A stretch of DNA of 64,000 bases from Gammaproteobacteria bacterium (GCA_032250735.1 JAVVEP010000008.1:1775-65774); one strand, 5' to 3'; shown: positions 8,456-18,391, numbered from the stretch's first letter. Notes: generated from the letters alone by a model not told the origin. A program made the numbers and translations.

Positions 8456-9829
8456 ATGCGCATGCCGCAGACACCAGCCCCTGAATCGACCCTTGCACCC
8501 GAGCGCGAGATCTACAGCGTTTCGATGCTGAACAATGCCGCGCGCGACCTGTTGGAGCGGGAATTTCCGCTGATCTGGGTGGAGGGTGAGATCTCCAACC
8601 TCGCCCGCCCCGCCTCCGGCCACCTCTATTTCAGCCTCAAGGATGCCGACGCCCAGCTGCGCTGCGCCATGTTCAAGCTGCGCAACCGGCTGGTGGGTTT
8701 CCGCCCCGACAATGGTCAGCAGGTACTGGTGCGCGGACGGCTCAGCCTCTATCCGGCGCGGGGTGACTACCAGCTCATTGTCGAACACATGGAAGAGGCC
8801 GGCGACGGCGCCCTGCGCCGCCAGTTCGAGCTACTCAAACAACGCCTGGGTCACGAAGGCCTGTTCGATGCCGGGAGCAAACAACCCCTACCGGCCCTGC
8901 CCCGCCGACTGGGGGTGATCACCTCACCCAGCGGGGCGGCCATCCGCGACATCCTCAGCGTGCTCAGGCGGCGCTTTCCAAGCATCCCGGTGCTGATTTA
9001 CCCCGTGCCGGTGCAAGGGGTGGAGGCGCCACCCGCCATCGTCGAGGCGCTGCGGACGGCGAATACCCGCCGGGAATGCGATCTGCTGATCCTGGCCCGC
9101 GGCGGTGGCTCACTGGAAGACCTGTGGGCCTTCAACGACGAGGCGGTGGCCCGCGCCATCCACGCCAGCACCCTTCCGGTGGTCTGCGGCGTGGGCCATG
9201 AGGTCGACGTCACCATCGCCGATTTTGTGGCCGATGTGCGTGCGCCCACGCCCTCGGCGGCGGCCGAGCTGGTCAGCCCGGATCGCAACGAGTGGCTGGA
9301 CAGTTTTGCGGCCTGGCAGCAGCGCCTGACACGCAGTTGGCAGACCCAGCTGGCCCGGCGTCAGCAACACCTGGACTGGCTACGCCGGCAACTGAAACAC
9401 CCGGGACAGCGACTGCGTGAACGGGCCCAACGGCTGGATGAGCTGGAGCAGCGTCTCAGGCTGGCGCGGCTGGGCCGACTGCGCCAGCTGCAGGCCCGGC
9501 TGAACACCCTGCGCGCGCGGCTGTATGGCCACTCGCCGGTGCAGCCGCTGCGCGCGACCCGCCTGCGACTGGACAGCCTGCAGCACCGCAGTCAGCGCGC
9601 CATTCGCGCCAGACTGACCCAACAGCGCGCCCGGCTTGGCAATCTCAGCCGGGCGCTGGATGCGGTCAGCCCGCTGGCCACCCTCGGCCGCGGCTACGCC
9701 ATCGTGCAGAAACCCGACGGCAAGGTCGTGCGCCGCGTCGACGAGGTGTGCGTGGGGGAGCGCATCAACACCCGGCTCGGTAGCGGCCGTCTCGACTGTC
9801 GTGTCGAGGCCGTGCACGGGGAGGATTGA
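8456..9829 (+). CDS. xseA: exodeoxyribonuclease VII large subunit
   Basis: MRMPQTPAPE...IWVEGEISNLARPASGHLYFSLKDADAQLRCAMF (OB fold)...GVITSPSGAAIRD...ARGGGSLEDLWAFNDE, then coiled-coil Arg/Gln-rich tail. ORF-track start at 7889 is upstream read-through. Confidence 0.9.
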   Translation: MRMPQTPAPESTLAPEREIYSVSMLNNAARDLLEREFPLIWVEGEISNLARPASGHLYFSLKDADAQLRCAMFKLRNRLVGFRPDNGQQVLVRGRLSLYPARGDYQLIVEHMEEAGDGALRRQFELLKQRLGHEGLFDAGSKQPLPALPRRLGVITSPSGAAIRDILSVLRRRFPSIPVLIYPVPVQGVEAPPAIVEALRTANTRRECDLLILARGGGSLEDLWAFNDEAVARAIHASTLPVVCGVGHEVDVTIADFVADVRAPTPSAAAELVSPDRNEWLDSFAAWQQRLTRSWQTQLARRQQHLDWLRRQLKHPGQRLRERAQRLDELEQRLRLARLGRLRQLQARLNTLRARLYGHSPVQPLRATRLRLDSLQHRSQRAIRARLTQQRARLGNLSRALDAVSPLATLGRGYAIVQKPDGKVVRRVDEVCVGERINTRLGSGRLDCRVEAVHGED

Positions 9830-9835
9830 AGGCCT

Positions 9836-10738
9836 GTGAATACCGCCATCAAATGGCTGATTTACTTTGGCCTGCTGCTCACCACCGGCCTGCCGGCGAT
9901 CGCCCTGGCGGCAACGCCCGCTGCCAGCCCCCTGCCCCAGACCGCGGCCGTGCCCGGCGGTATCGTCACGCTGAATCTGGGCCCCGCCGAGGGCCCGGCG
10001 CCGGTGGTGCATTACCAGCAGCGGCGGGTGATGGTGGTGCAGGCCGACGGGCACTGGCAGGCGGTGGTCGGCATCCCCCTCACTGCCCGCAGTGGCCCGC
10101 AGAACCTCAGGCTGGCCGGTCGCAGCCAGACCGTGGAGTTTGAGGTCCAGGCCAAGGACTATGCCGAGCAGCGACTCACCATCAAAGACAAACGCAAGGT
10201 CAATCCCAACCCGGATGACCTGACCCGCATTCGTGGCGAACGGGGGCGCATTGTTAACGCGCTACGTCACTGGCAATTTCAGGATAGCGTGGACACCCGC
10301 TTCATCCTGCCGGTGACAGGCCGACTCAGCAGCCCCTTCGGCCTGCGGCGTTTTTTCAACGAGCAACCCCGCAAACCCCACAGCGGCATCGATATCGCCG
10401 CGCCGGAGGGCACGCCCATTGTCGCCCCCGCCGCCGGGCGCATCATCGAAACCGGGGACTTTTTCTTCAACGGCAACTCGGTGTTCATCGACCATGGCCA
10501 GGGGCTGGTGACGATGTACTGCCACATGAGTCGGGTGGAGGTGAAGGCCGGACAGCGGGTCGCGCGTGGCGAGGCCATCGGCGCCGTGGGCCAGACCGGT
10601 CGCGTCACCGGCCCGCACCTGCACTGGAGTGTCAGCCTCAACGATGCGCGGGTGGATCCGGGCCTGTTTTTCGAGGATCTCGAGACACTGCTCACGCCCG
10701 CCGCGGCCCCGCTGAGCGAGGCCCGCAGCGCCCCCTGA
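9836..10738 (+). CDS. M23 family metallopeptidase (LytM/NlpD-like), membrane anchored
   Basis: N-terminal TM segment; HSGIDIAAPEGTPIVAPAAGRI...GPHLHWSV are the HxxxD and HxH M23 motifs. Confidence 0.85.
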   Translation: MNTAIKWLIYFGLLLTTGLPAIALAATPAASPLPQTAAVPGGIVTLNLGPAEGPAPVVHYQQRRVMVVQADGHWQAVVGIPLTARSGPQNLRLAGRSQTVEFEVQAKDYAEQRLTIKDKRKVNPNPDDLTRIRGERGRIVNALRHWQFQDSVDTRFILPVTGRLSSPFGLRRFFNEQPRKPHSGIDIAAPEGTPIVAPAAGRIIETGDFFFNGNSVFIDHGQGLVTMYCHMSRVEVKAGQRVARGEAIGAVGQTGRVTGPHLHWSVSLNDARVDPGLFFEDLETLLTPAAAPLSEARSAP

Positions 10739-10811
10739 TCCCCCTTGCGCCGACGCAGGCGGGCCGGTAAGGTTGCGCGCCACAGCAACTCACACGAACC
10801 ACGCAGTCACC

Positions 10812-11609
10812 ATGAAAAAATTTGCCCAAACCCTGGTCGAAAAAACCGCCTTTGAATATTTCATCGTCGGACTCATCCTGTTCAACGCCGTGATCCTCGG
10901 CCTGGAGACCTCGCCCGAAATTGTCGCCGAGTACGATAGCTGGCTGCACTTTGGCAATCAGTTTATCCTCGCCATCTTTATCCTCGAGGCGGCACTGAAG
11001 ATCATCGCCGTCGCACCCCGGCTCAGGCTCTATTTCGGCAACGGCTGGAACCTGTTCGACTTCACCGTGGTGGTGCTCTCGCTGATTCCCGCCAGCGGCG
11101 AATACGCGATGATCGCCCGCCTGGCACGGCTGCTGCGGGTCGCGCGGCTGATCTCTACCATCCCCGAGCTGCGGTTGATCATTTCCACCCTGGTGCGCTC
11201 CATCCCCAGCATGGGCCACGTGCTGATGTTGATGGGGGTAATCTTCTACATCTACGCGGTGGCTGGCTATCACCTGTTCCACGAACACGATCCTGAACAC
11301 TGGCGCAATCTGGGTATGTCGTTGCTCACCCTGTTCCGCGTCGTTACCCTCGAAGACTGGACCGACGTGATGTACACCGCCATGGAGATGCACTACCTGA
11401 GCTGGATGTACTTCGTCAGCTTCGTGGTGGTGGGTACCTTCGTGGTCATCAACCTGTTCATCGCCGTGGTGCTCAACAACCTCGAGGAGGCCAAACAGGA
11501 ACAACTGGCGGCGCTACAGACACCGGCCAGCAAGGACGAGATCCTCAAGGAATTGCAGCAGACACAGGAAGCGCTCAGGCGACTCCAGGCGAGGTTGGAA
11601 AAACAGTGA
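10812..11609 (+). CDS. bacterial voltage-gated ion channel (BacNav/NaChBac family), pore filter TLEDWTD
   Basis: 266 aa. S4 segment with Arg every third residue (RLARLLRVARLIS). Pore helix FRVVTLEDWTDVMY. Single 6-TM domain. Confidence 0.85.
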   Translation: MKKFAQTLVEKTAFEYFIVGLILFNAVILGLETSPEIVAEYDSWLHFGNQFILAIFILEAALKIIAVAPRLRLYFGNGWNLFDFTVVVLSLIPASGEYAMIARLARLLRVARLISTIPELRLIISTLVRSIPSMGHVLMLMGVIFYIYAVAGYHLFHEHDPEHWRNLGMSLLTLFRVVTLEDWTDVMYTAMEMHYLSWMYFVSFVVVGTFVVINLFIAVVLNNLEEAKQEQLAALQTPASKDEILKELQQTQEALRRLQARLEKQ

Positions 11610-12025
11610 GCCGCGATACCATCAGCAACCGCATCGACATCAGCCTGGAGTTCTATTTCAAGGGGGAACGCTATACGCCCACCGCCAGCATCGAGCTGGA
11701 TGGGCTCATCGGCAACGACGACGGCCTGCCCTCGTTTCACCAGATCCTGGCCAGGCGCAACGATATCGACCTGCTTTCCTACCACTATGAGATCATGCTG
11801 GAGGAGCCGGTGCGGGTCACCGGCGCAGAGGGCCTGGTGGCAGACTATGTGACCGATGGCCGGCTGGATGAGGCGGGTTTTCTACAGGCCTGGCGCGAAC
11901 AGGGGATGTCGGCGCAACTGCAGGCCATCGCCCAACAGTATTTAGCGATCGATGATTTGCAGAAAAACCCAGCATTGAAAGATGCCTTAACCGCCGCTTT
12001 TCAACTTGGCAGAGAGATCGGCTAA
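11606..12025 (+). CDS. hypothetical protein translationally coupled to the channel gene
   Basis: Start overlaps the channel stop (GTGA). 139 aa, no recognisable motif. Confidence 0.5.
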   Translation: MSRDTISNRIDISLEFYFKGERYTPTASIELDGLIGNDDGLPSFHQILARRNDIDLLSYHYEIMLEEPVRVTGAEGLVADYVTDGRLDEAGFLQAWREQGMSAQLQAIAQQYLAIDDLQKNPALKDALTAAFQLGREIG

Positions 12026-12041
12026 AACCCCGCTCGCTGCG

Positions 12042-13148
12042 TTAGTCCTCCGCACCCATGGCCTTCGCCCGCGCCTGCCGCGCGGCATTTTCCGCCTCGT
12101 GTTGCGCGGCATTCCAGTCCGGCTCCGCTTCCGGCCAGCCCGCCAGGTGTTTTTGCACCAGGGCCGACAGGGCCTTGATGTGGTCCGGCCGGTCATTCAG
12201 CGCGGGAATGTAGTGAAACTGCTCGCCGCCGGCGTCGAGATAGGCGTGCTTGTTTTCCACCGTGATCTCTTCCAGGGTTTCCAGGCAGTCCGCCGAAAAC
12301 CCGGGGCAGATGATGTCCACCGATTTCACCCCGGCGGCGCCCAGCTCCCGCAGGGTCTCGATGGTGTAGGGCTGTAGCCACTCCTCACGACCAAAGATGG
12401 ACTGAAAGGTCAGCTGCCAGCGGTCAGCTGCCAGGCCCAGACGTTCGGCCACCAGCCGCGCGGTCTTCTGGCAATGGCAGTGATAGGGATCGCCTTCGGT
12501 GAGAAAACGCCGGGGGGTGCCGTGAAAGGAGAACAGCAATTTCTGCGGCGGCTCGCGTCCGCTCCAGGACTCCCGAATGCTGGCGGCCAGCGCCTCAATA
12601 TAACCGGTCTCATCGTGATATTGATTGACGAAGCGCAGCTCCGGCATCCAGCGCCAGTGGGCCATCTCCGCGGCAATGGCATCAAAGGTGGAGGCCGTGG
12701 TACTGCACGAATACTGCGGATACAGCGGCAGCACCAGGATGCGACGCGCACCGGCGTCGCGCAATTTTTGCATCGCCGAGGCCAGCGAAGGGTTGCCGTA
12801 ACGCATGCCCAGCTCCACCACCACCGGGCCGGGCAGACGCTGCGCCAGTTCGGTGCGCAGGGCCTCCAGCTGGCGTCGGGCGATCGCCAGCAGCGGCGAG
12901 CCGTCCTCGGTCCAGATACTGGCGTAGGCCCGGGCCGAACGCGCCGGCCGGATGCGCAGAATCACCCCGTGTAGAATCAGCCACCAAAGGGGGCGCGGCA
13001 GGTTGTCCACAATGCGCGGGTCCCACAGGAACTCCCCCAGATAACGACGCAAGGCCCCCGCAGTGGGGGCATCCGGCGTACCCAGATTGGTGATGAGCAC
13101 ACCGGTGGTCATCTGACTGTCGTGGCTAAAACGGGTGCTGGTCGACAT
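12042..13148 (-). CDS. hemH: ferrochelatase
   Basis: GVLITNLGTPDAPT...RYLGEFLWDPRIV...VLPLYPQYSCSTT...HGTP signature. The N-terminal 12 aa may be an extension; the alternative start is the Met of MTTGVL. Confidence 0.9.
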   Translation of the reverse strand: MSTSTRFSHDSQMTTGVLITNLGTPDAPTAGALRRYLGEFLWDPRIVDNLPRPLWWLILHGVILRIRPARSARAYASIWTEDGSPLLAIARRQLEALRTELAQRLPGPVVVELGMRYGNPSLASAMQKLRDAGARRILVLPLYPQYSCSTTASTFDAIAAEMAHWRWMPELRFVNQYHDETGYIEALAASIRESWSGREPPQKLLFSFHGTPRRFLTEGDPYHCHCQKTARLVAERLGLAADRWQLTFQSIFGREEWLQPYTIETLRELGAAGVKSVDIICPGFSADCLETLEEITVENKHAYLDAGGEQFHYIPALNDRPDHIKALSALVQKHLAGWPEAEPDWNAAQHEAENAARQARAKAMGAED

Positions 13149-13379
13149 GTTTTCCCCTGTTTTTTTTGTAATCCGGCTAGCTCATGCCTTCGCGTAGTGC
13201 GCGCGTGGCCGCCTGGTTCCACCGGCAGCCGGCTGCGACAAACTGCCGCAGCGCATAAGCAGCACATAAAAAGACCCGTAGTATAAACCGCTCACGGGGA
13301 ATTATCGTGCGATAATCACCACATGTTCTTACCCGCACCAAGCAATACATTTGCGCGCCCCAAGGCCTCGTACTGAGCA

Positions 13380-14030
13380 ATGAGCAAAACCCTGAAAGTG
13401 GCCCTCGGCCTGGGCTTCGCCATGTTGCTCATCGGCATCGCCATCAGCTTCACGCAACGAGGATCCGTTGCCACGGACAATGACGATGCGGTGCTAGCGG
13501 ATGCGCGTCTTGCCACACCCAGACCGCTGACCGCCTTTGCGCTGACGGCCCACGATTCAAGGCCGCTCGACCGGGAGCGGTTGCGGGGCCGATGGACGCT
13601 GCTGTTTTTCGGCTATACCCACTGCCCCGATGTCTGCCCGATCACCCTCAGCGAACTGGCGGGCATGGCCAGAACGCTGGAACCGACGCTACGGGACGAC
13701 ACCCAGTTTGTGTTTGTCTCGGTGGATCCACAACGGGACACACCCGAGTCACTGGGGGACTACGTCCGCTATTTTGACGAGCGCTTTTTAGGTGCAACGG
13801 GCAGCATCGAGGCGTTGACCTCACTCGCCCGGCAACTGGACTCCCGGTTCAGCCTGGAGACCGATCCCGCCGGTGAACCCGTCGTCAACCATTCCAGCGC
13901 CATGTTGTTGATCGACCCCCAGGTCCGGTATTATGCCCGCCTCAAGGCACCGCACTATGCCGAGCAGATTCGCACGCAGTATCTGGCCCTACGGGCGGAA
14001 TACCAACAGTTTCAATCCAGTCGCCCATAA
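13380..14030 (+). CDS. SCO1/SenC family copper chaperone (thioredoxin fold)
   Basis: N-terminal TM anchor; LLFFGYTHCPDVCP CxxxC copper-binding motif. Confidence 0.85.
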   Translation: MSKTLKVALGLGFAMLLIGIAISFTQRGSVATDNDDAVLADARLATPRPLTAFALTAHDSRPLDRERLRGRWTLLFFGYTHCPDVCPITLSELAGMARTLEPTLRDDTQFVFVSVDPQRDTPESLGDYVRYFDERFLGATGSIEALTSLARQLDSRFSLETDPAGEPVVNHSSAMLLIDPQVRYYARLKAPHYAEQIRTQYLALRAEYQQFQSSRP

Positions 14031-14085
14031 ATCCGGCGCCGCAATCAACATCACCATCACATTTTTCCACAATCCCGAGACGCCC

Positions 14086-14619
14086 ATGAAGCCTACCAGA
14101 GCATTAGCAATAATTTTCGTTCTACTGTCTTTGATCACCGCAGCAACCGGCGCCACAGCAGGCAAGCTTGAGATACACGACGCCTGGGCGCGCGAGGCGC
14201 CACCGAATGCGGCGGTCATGGCGGCCTATCTGACCCTGCACAATCACTCTGAGCAGACCTACACCCTGGTCAGCGCCGCTTCACCTGACTTTGAGCGCGT
14301 TGAAATACACCGTACGCAACAGCGGGATGGCATGACAACGATGACCCCCGTCTCGCGCGTCATGCTGAGCGCGAACGGCAGTGTCAGCTTTCAACCCGGT
14401 GGCCTGCATCTGATGTTGATGCAAGCCAAAAAACCGCTCAAGGCCGGCGATGCTGTTACACTGCGCCTGTTTTTTAGCGACGAAAGTTCGCTGTCGATTT
14501 CCGCTCCGGTCAAAAAGGCCGCGCCGGGCAATGGACACGCCATGCAGCATGGCGAACACGAAACCCAGCATGACAGCCCGCACAATGCACACGACAAAGA
14601 TCACCACTCTTCACACTAA
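14086..14619 (+). CDS. periplasmic copper chaperone PCu(A)C (DUF461)
   Basis: Signal peptide; H(x)nM...HLMLM Met/His Cu(I) motif; His-rich tail. Confidence 0.8.
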   Translation: MKPTRALAIIFVLLSLITAATGATAGKLEIHDAWAREAPPNAAVMAAYLTLHNHSEQTYTLVSAASPDFERVEIHRTQQRDGMTTMTPVSRVMLSANGSVSFQPGGLHLMLMQAKKPLKAGDAVTLRLFFSDESSLSISAPVKKAAPGNGHAMQHGEHETQHDSPHNAHDKDHHSSH

Positions 14620-14650
14620 ACTCAACACAGAGCCCAACACAGAGTCAGCC

Positions 14651-15541
14651 ATGTCAACCCCTCCTGCACAACGCGCCGCCAGCCTGCTCGACTACCTGAA
14701 GGCATGGCCAACCTATCTGCTGCCACTGCATGCCTTATCGCGCATCATGCACAGGCTTACCCGCAGTGAAATTCGCTGGTGGAAGACGGCCTTCACGCGT
14801 TGGTTCGTCAAGCAATTCAATGTCGACATGGGCCTGGCGCAGGAACCCGATCTGGACCGCTATCCGAGCTTTAATGCCTTTTTCACCCGCGCGCTGCATG
14901 CCAGGGCACGACCTGTGGTGGTCGATGAAAACCTGCTTGCCAGTCCGGTGGACGGGGCAATAAGCCAGCTGGGAAACATCGAAAACGGCCGTATTTTTCA
15001 GGCCAAAGGGCGTGACTACACCCTGTTAGAACTGTTGGGCAACGACGCCGAAAAGGCGCGCCAGTTTGAAGATGGCCGTTTTGCGACCCTGTATCTTTCA
15101 CCGCGTGATTACCATCGCATCCACCTACCCATCGATGGAAAACTGACCGCCATGGCGCATATTCCAGGCCGACTATTCAGCGTTAGCCCTGCCACGGCCC
15201 GCGCCATCCCGCGTCTGTTCGCGCGCAATGAACGGGTTGTTGCCTATTTTGAAACGGAGCTGGGACCGATGGCGATGGTGCTGGTGGGGGCAATCTTTGT
15301 CGCCAGCATCGAAACGGTCTGGGCCGGTGAGGTCACCCCACCGGCAGGCCGGACGATCCGTCACTGGGAATACGATCCCGCGGCCCCGGCCCATCAATTC
15401 CGCAAGGGTGATGAAATCGGCCGCTTTAATATGGGCTCGACCGTGATCTTATTACACGCCAAAGACCGTATCGAATGGCTGGACAGCCTCCATCCGGCGG
15501 ACAGCGTCCAGATGGGTCAGGCCATCGCCCGGCGTCACTGA
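14651..15541 (+). CDS. psd: phosphatidylserine decarboxylase proenzyme
   Basis: DYHRIH...FNMGSTV (LGST-type autocleavage site) near the C-terminus. ORF-track start at 14450 is an extension; ATG at 14651. Confidence 0.85.
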   Translation: MSTPPAQRAASLLDYLKAWPTYLLPLHALSRIMHRLTRSEIRWWKTAFTRWFVKQFNVDMGLAQEPDLDRYPSFNAFFTRALHARARPVVVDENLLASPVDGAISQLGNIENGRIFQAKGRDYTLLELLGNDAEKARQFEDGRFATLYLSPRDYHRIHLPIDGKLTAMAHIPGRLFSVSPATARAIPRLFARNERVVAYFETELGPMAMVLVGAIFVASIETVWAGEVTPPAGRTIRHWEYDPAAPAHQFRKGDEIGRFNMGSTVILLHAKDRIEWLDSLHPADSVQMGQAIARRH

Positions 15542-15620
15542 TCCTTGGTCTCACAGGCTCTCGGATCTGTGGCTCAGGCCAAACTGGGCTATGCTTGGAA
15601 TGGTCTGTTGAGATGAGGTA

Positions 15621-15860
15621 TTGGACATGTCTACAAAAGCACACCCCGCAGGAAAACCCACCCCCGAAGAACCCGACAAGATCGCCTGTAGTGTCTGTCT
15701 GGCGGAAATCCCCGAATCCGTCGCTGTCAGCCGTGAGGCCGATGACTACACCCATCACTTCTGTGGCCTAGCCTGTTATAACCGCTGGCGCGACGAAAAC
15801 AGCCACGCCGATGGTCAGGCAACGCACACAACAACGCACACAACAAAAGGGAATACCTGA
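15621..15860 (+). CDS. YHS/TRASH-domain small metal-binding protein
   Basis: CSVCLAEIPESVAVSREADDYTHHFCGLAC: CxxC-x20-FCxxxC spacing of the YHS/TRASH domain. Adjacent to copper chaperones. Confidence 0.55.
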   Translation: MDMSTKAHPAGKPTPEEPDKIACSVCLAEIPESVAVSREADDYTHHFCGLACYNRWRDENSHADGQATHTTTHTTKGNT

Positions 15861-16012
15861 ACAACCCCTACCGGGTTTTGTTGACGTGCATTTCAGATGC
15901 CAGGGCTATGAAAAGAGGCCGCCCGAAATGCCGGCGGGGAAAGCTGGAAGGACTGGAAGGCCAGTCGAAGGATAACCGCGGTCGGGATAAAAACGATCGC
16001 GGGTAGAGGTGA

Positions 16013-16369
16013 TCAGTGCACGCCTTCGCGGGTGCTGGATTCAGGGGTTGATGGGCGCTTGTACAACATAATTTCCTGCAAGGAGCGGAACACGCCGGTG
16101 TCAAAGTTACAAAACTTGAACCCGATACCGCCATCCGCAATACGCGTCACCCTGGCATGCACGTTGTGCCGGGTTCCCTGGTCCTGGGATAGCAGGCGAA
16201 ACACCAGATCAACATCCTCATCCTTGTGGAGGCTCAGCGGTTCGGCTGTCGACAGAAAGGTGCCGCCGAGGCCGATATCGGACGAATGGCAGGAGCCGAG
16301 CAGCGCGCCGTGCTGATAGACATCAACGTCAACGTCCAGCTCTTTTCGTTCACTCCAGCGCTTTTCCAT
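16013..16369 (-). CDS. PilZ-domain c-di-GMP binding protein (standalone)
   Basis: MEKRWSERKELDVD (RxxxR) ... DIGLGG (DxSxGG) canonical PilZ motifs. ATG 16369. Confidence 0.7.
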   Translation of the reverse strand: MEKRWSERKELDVDVDVYQHGALLGSCHSSDIGLGGTFLSTAEPLSLHKDEDVDLVFRLLSQDQGTRHNVHARVTRIADGGIGFKFCNFDTGVFRSLQEIMLYKRPSTPESSTREGVH

Positions 16370-16724
16370 ACACCCTCTCCACCCAATATTGACCCAAGAT
16401 AACACCGATAATGGTTCCCTCCAATACTTGACCCCGGTCCGGCTCGCGCTTGTTAACGGCGGTTAATCGCCTGTCTGCGTAAAATCCCTGCTACGCCCAT
16501 TCGACATCCACTTGCGTTTCAATACATTTCAACAGCAATTTACAGGCCAACCATGGCAGTGACTGCGAAATTGATCATAAAATCAGCAGCTTGCATTTGG
16601 AAACATGAGCCAAGCCAGCCATGATCGATACCAAAGACCCGCACCTGTAAAGTTCTTCGACAAACCCCTGGTCCGTATTGCTCACCACTCTTCTGCTGCG
16701 ACGAACGGTGGCGAGCAATGCGGG

Positions 16725-17729
16725 CTAGCTCCGCCCGTAGTCAAATGACAGCACCTCTCGCACATGCTGCCCTCCACCCAGCACCATCAGCAACCGATCC
16801 AGGCCCAGTGCAACGCCTGCACAGGCGGGTAGCCCGGCCTCCAGGGCCCCCAATAAACGCTCATCGATCACCATTGGTTCCTGCCCCTCGGCTCGCCGCT
16901 GTGCCAGATCCGCCTCAAACCGGGCCCGCTGTTCAGCGGCGTCCTGCAGCTCATGAAAGCCATTGGCCAGCTCAATGCCATCGATAAACAATTCAAAGCG
17001 TTCGGCAACGGCGGGGGTACCGGGCCGCACCCGGGCCAGGGCCGCCTGGCTCTCAGGATAATCGTAGATAAAACACAGATGGCCGCGCCCCAGCTGGGGC
17101 TGAACACAGAAACTCATCAGCAGGTCCAGCCAGCCATCGCGGTCGTCATCGGCCAATCCGGCCACCCCCGGCAGTCCGGCCTGCGCGGCACCATCCCGCA
17201 ATTGCGCCATCGTGGCCGTGTGGGGATCCAGCCCCAGCTGCTGCTGAAAACAGTCGTGATAGCTCAGATACTGTACCGGGCCGAATTCACGCAGTCCCTC
17301 GGCCAGCTGACTGACCAGGGTGTCCACCTCCTGCATCAGCTGGTGATGATCAAAACCCGGCCGGTACCATTCCAGCAGGCTAAATTCGGGGTTGTGATGC
17401 CGGCCCTGTTCGCCCGCGCGAAATGCCTTGCAGACCTGAAAAATAGGGCCCGCACCAGCCGCCAGCAGGCGCTTCATGGCAAATTCGGGTGAGGTGTTCA
17501 GGTAACGGCGGGGGGGCACAGCAGCCTGCCCCGTTGACGCGGCGCTGTCGGAAAGGCTGAAACTGGGGATGTGGGGGTCGGTCGCCCCGGCGCTGACCAA
17601 CAGGGGGGTCTCGACCTCCAGCACGCCCTGCGCCGCAAAATAGCGGCGCAGGGCGGCCAGCAATTCGGCCCGCTGGCGCAGGCTCGCCAGGCTCGCCGTG
17701 GGCCGCCAGTCGGCGCTGTGTTCTGCCAT
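16725..17729 (-). CDS. epmA: EF-P lysine beta-lysyltransferase (PoxA/GenX)
   Basis: Class II LysRS-like catalytic core (LEVETP...FRAGEQGRHHNPEFSLLEWY...). Located directly downstream of efp. Confidence 0.85.
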   Translation of the reverse strand: MAEHSADWRPTASLASLRQRAELLAALRRYFAAQGVLEVETPLLVSAGATDPHIPSFSLSDSAASTGQAAVPPRRYLNTSPEFAMKRLLAAGAGPIFQVCKAFRAGEQGRHHNPEFSLLEWYRPGFDHHQLMQEVDTLVSQLAEGLREFGPVQYLSYHDCFQQQLGLDPHTATMAQLRDGAAQAGLPGVAGLADDDRDGWLDLLMSFCVQPQLGRGHLCFIYDYPESQAALARVRPGTPAVAERFELFIDGIELANGFHELQDAAEQRARFEADLAQRRAEGQEPMVIDERLLGALEAGLPACAGVALGLDRLLMVLGGGQHVREVLSFDYGRS

Positions 17730-17748
17730 GGCGACGGCCGGCAGGCTC

Positions 17749-18318
17749 CTAGCCCTTCACCCGGCCCACATATTCGCCATTACGGGTATCGACCTTGATC
17801 ATCTCGCCGGTCTCGACAAACAGGGGCACGCGCACCACCGCACCGGTCTCCAGGGTGGCGGGCTTGATGCCCCCCTGCGCGGTATCGCCCTTCAGGCCGG
17901 GATCGGTCTCGGTGATGCGCAACTCGACAAAATTGGGGGTCGCCACGGCGATGGGGCGATCATTCCAGGTGGTGACTTCGCACATATCCTGCTCTTTCAG
18001 CCATTTGTTCTCATCACCCACGGCGGCGGCATCGGCGGCCACCTGCTCGAAGCTGTTGGGGTCCATGAAATACCAGAACTCACCATCGTTGTAGAGATAC
18101 TGCATGGTGGTATCCATCACATCCGCGCCCGGCAGCGATTCACCGGATTTGTAGGTGCGTTCCAGCACGCGCCCGGTAATCAGGTTGCGCATCTTCACGC
18201 GTGTGAAGGCCTGCCCCTTGCCTGGCTTGACCATGTCCACCTCGATCATGGAACAGGGATCATCGTCCACCATCACCTTCAGGCCATTCTTAAATTCGTT
18301 GGTTGAGTAATTAGCCAT
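17749..18318 (-). CDS. efp: elongation factor P
   Basis: [14 protein letters not shown]...[17 protein letters not shown] (acceptor Lys loop KPGKG). 189 codons. ORF-track start 18411 is an upstream extension. Confidence 0.9.
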   Translation of the reverse strand: MANYSTNEFKNGLKVMVDDDPCSMIEVDMVKPGKGQAFTRVKMRNLITGRVLERTYKSGESLPGADVMDTTMQYLYNDGEFWYFMDPNSFEQVAADAAAVGDENKWLKEQDMCEVTTWNDRPIAVATPNFVELRITETDPGLKGDTAQGGIKPATLETGAVVRVPLFVETGEMIKVDTRNGEYVGRVKG

Positions 18319-18391
18319 TTCTACCTCGATCTGGGAACATTCTTTCTTTTTGTCTGTTTGTCTGTTGACACTCACACGCGAGAGCCGCCGT

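Noticed and set aside
12474-12974. 166-aa + strand ORF inside hemH
   Set aside because: Antisense to ferrochelatase.
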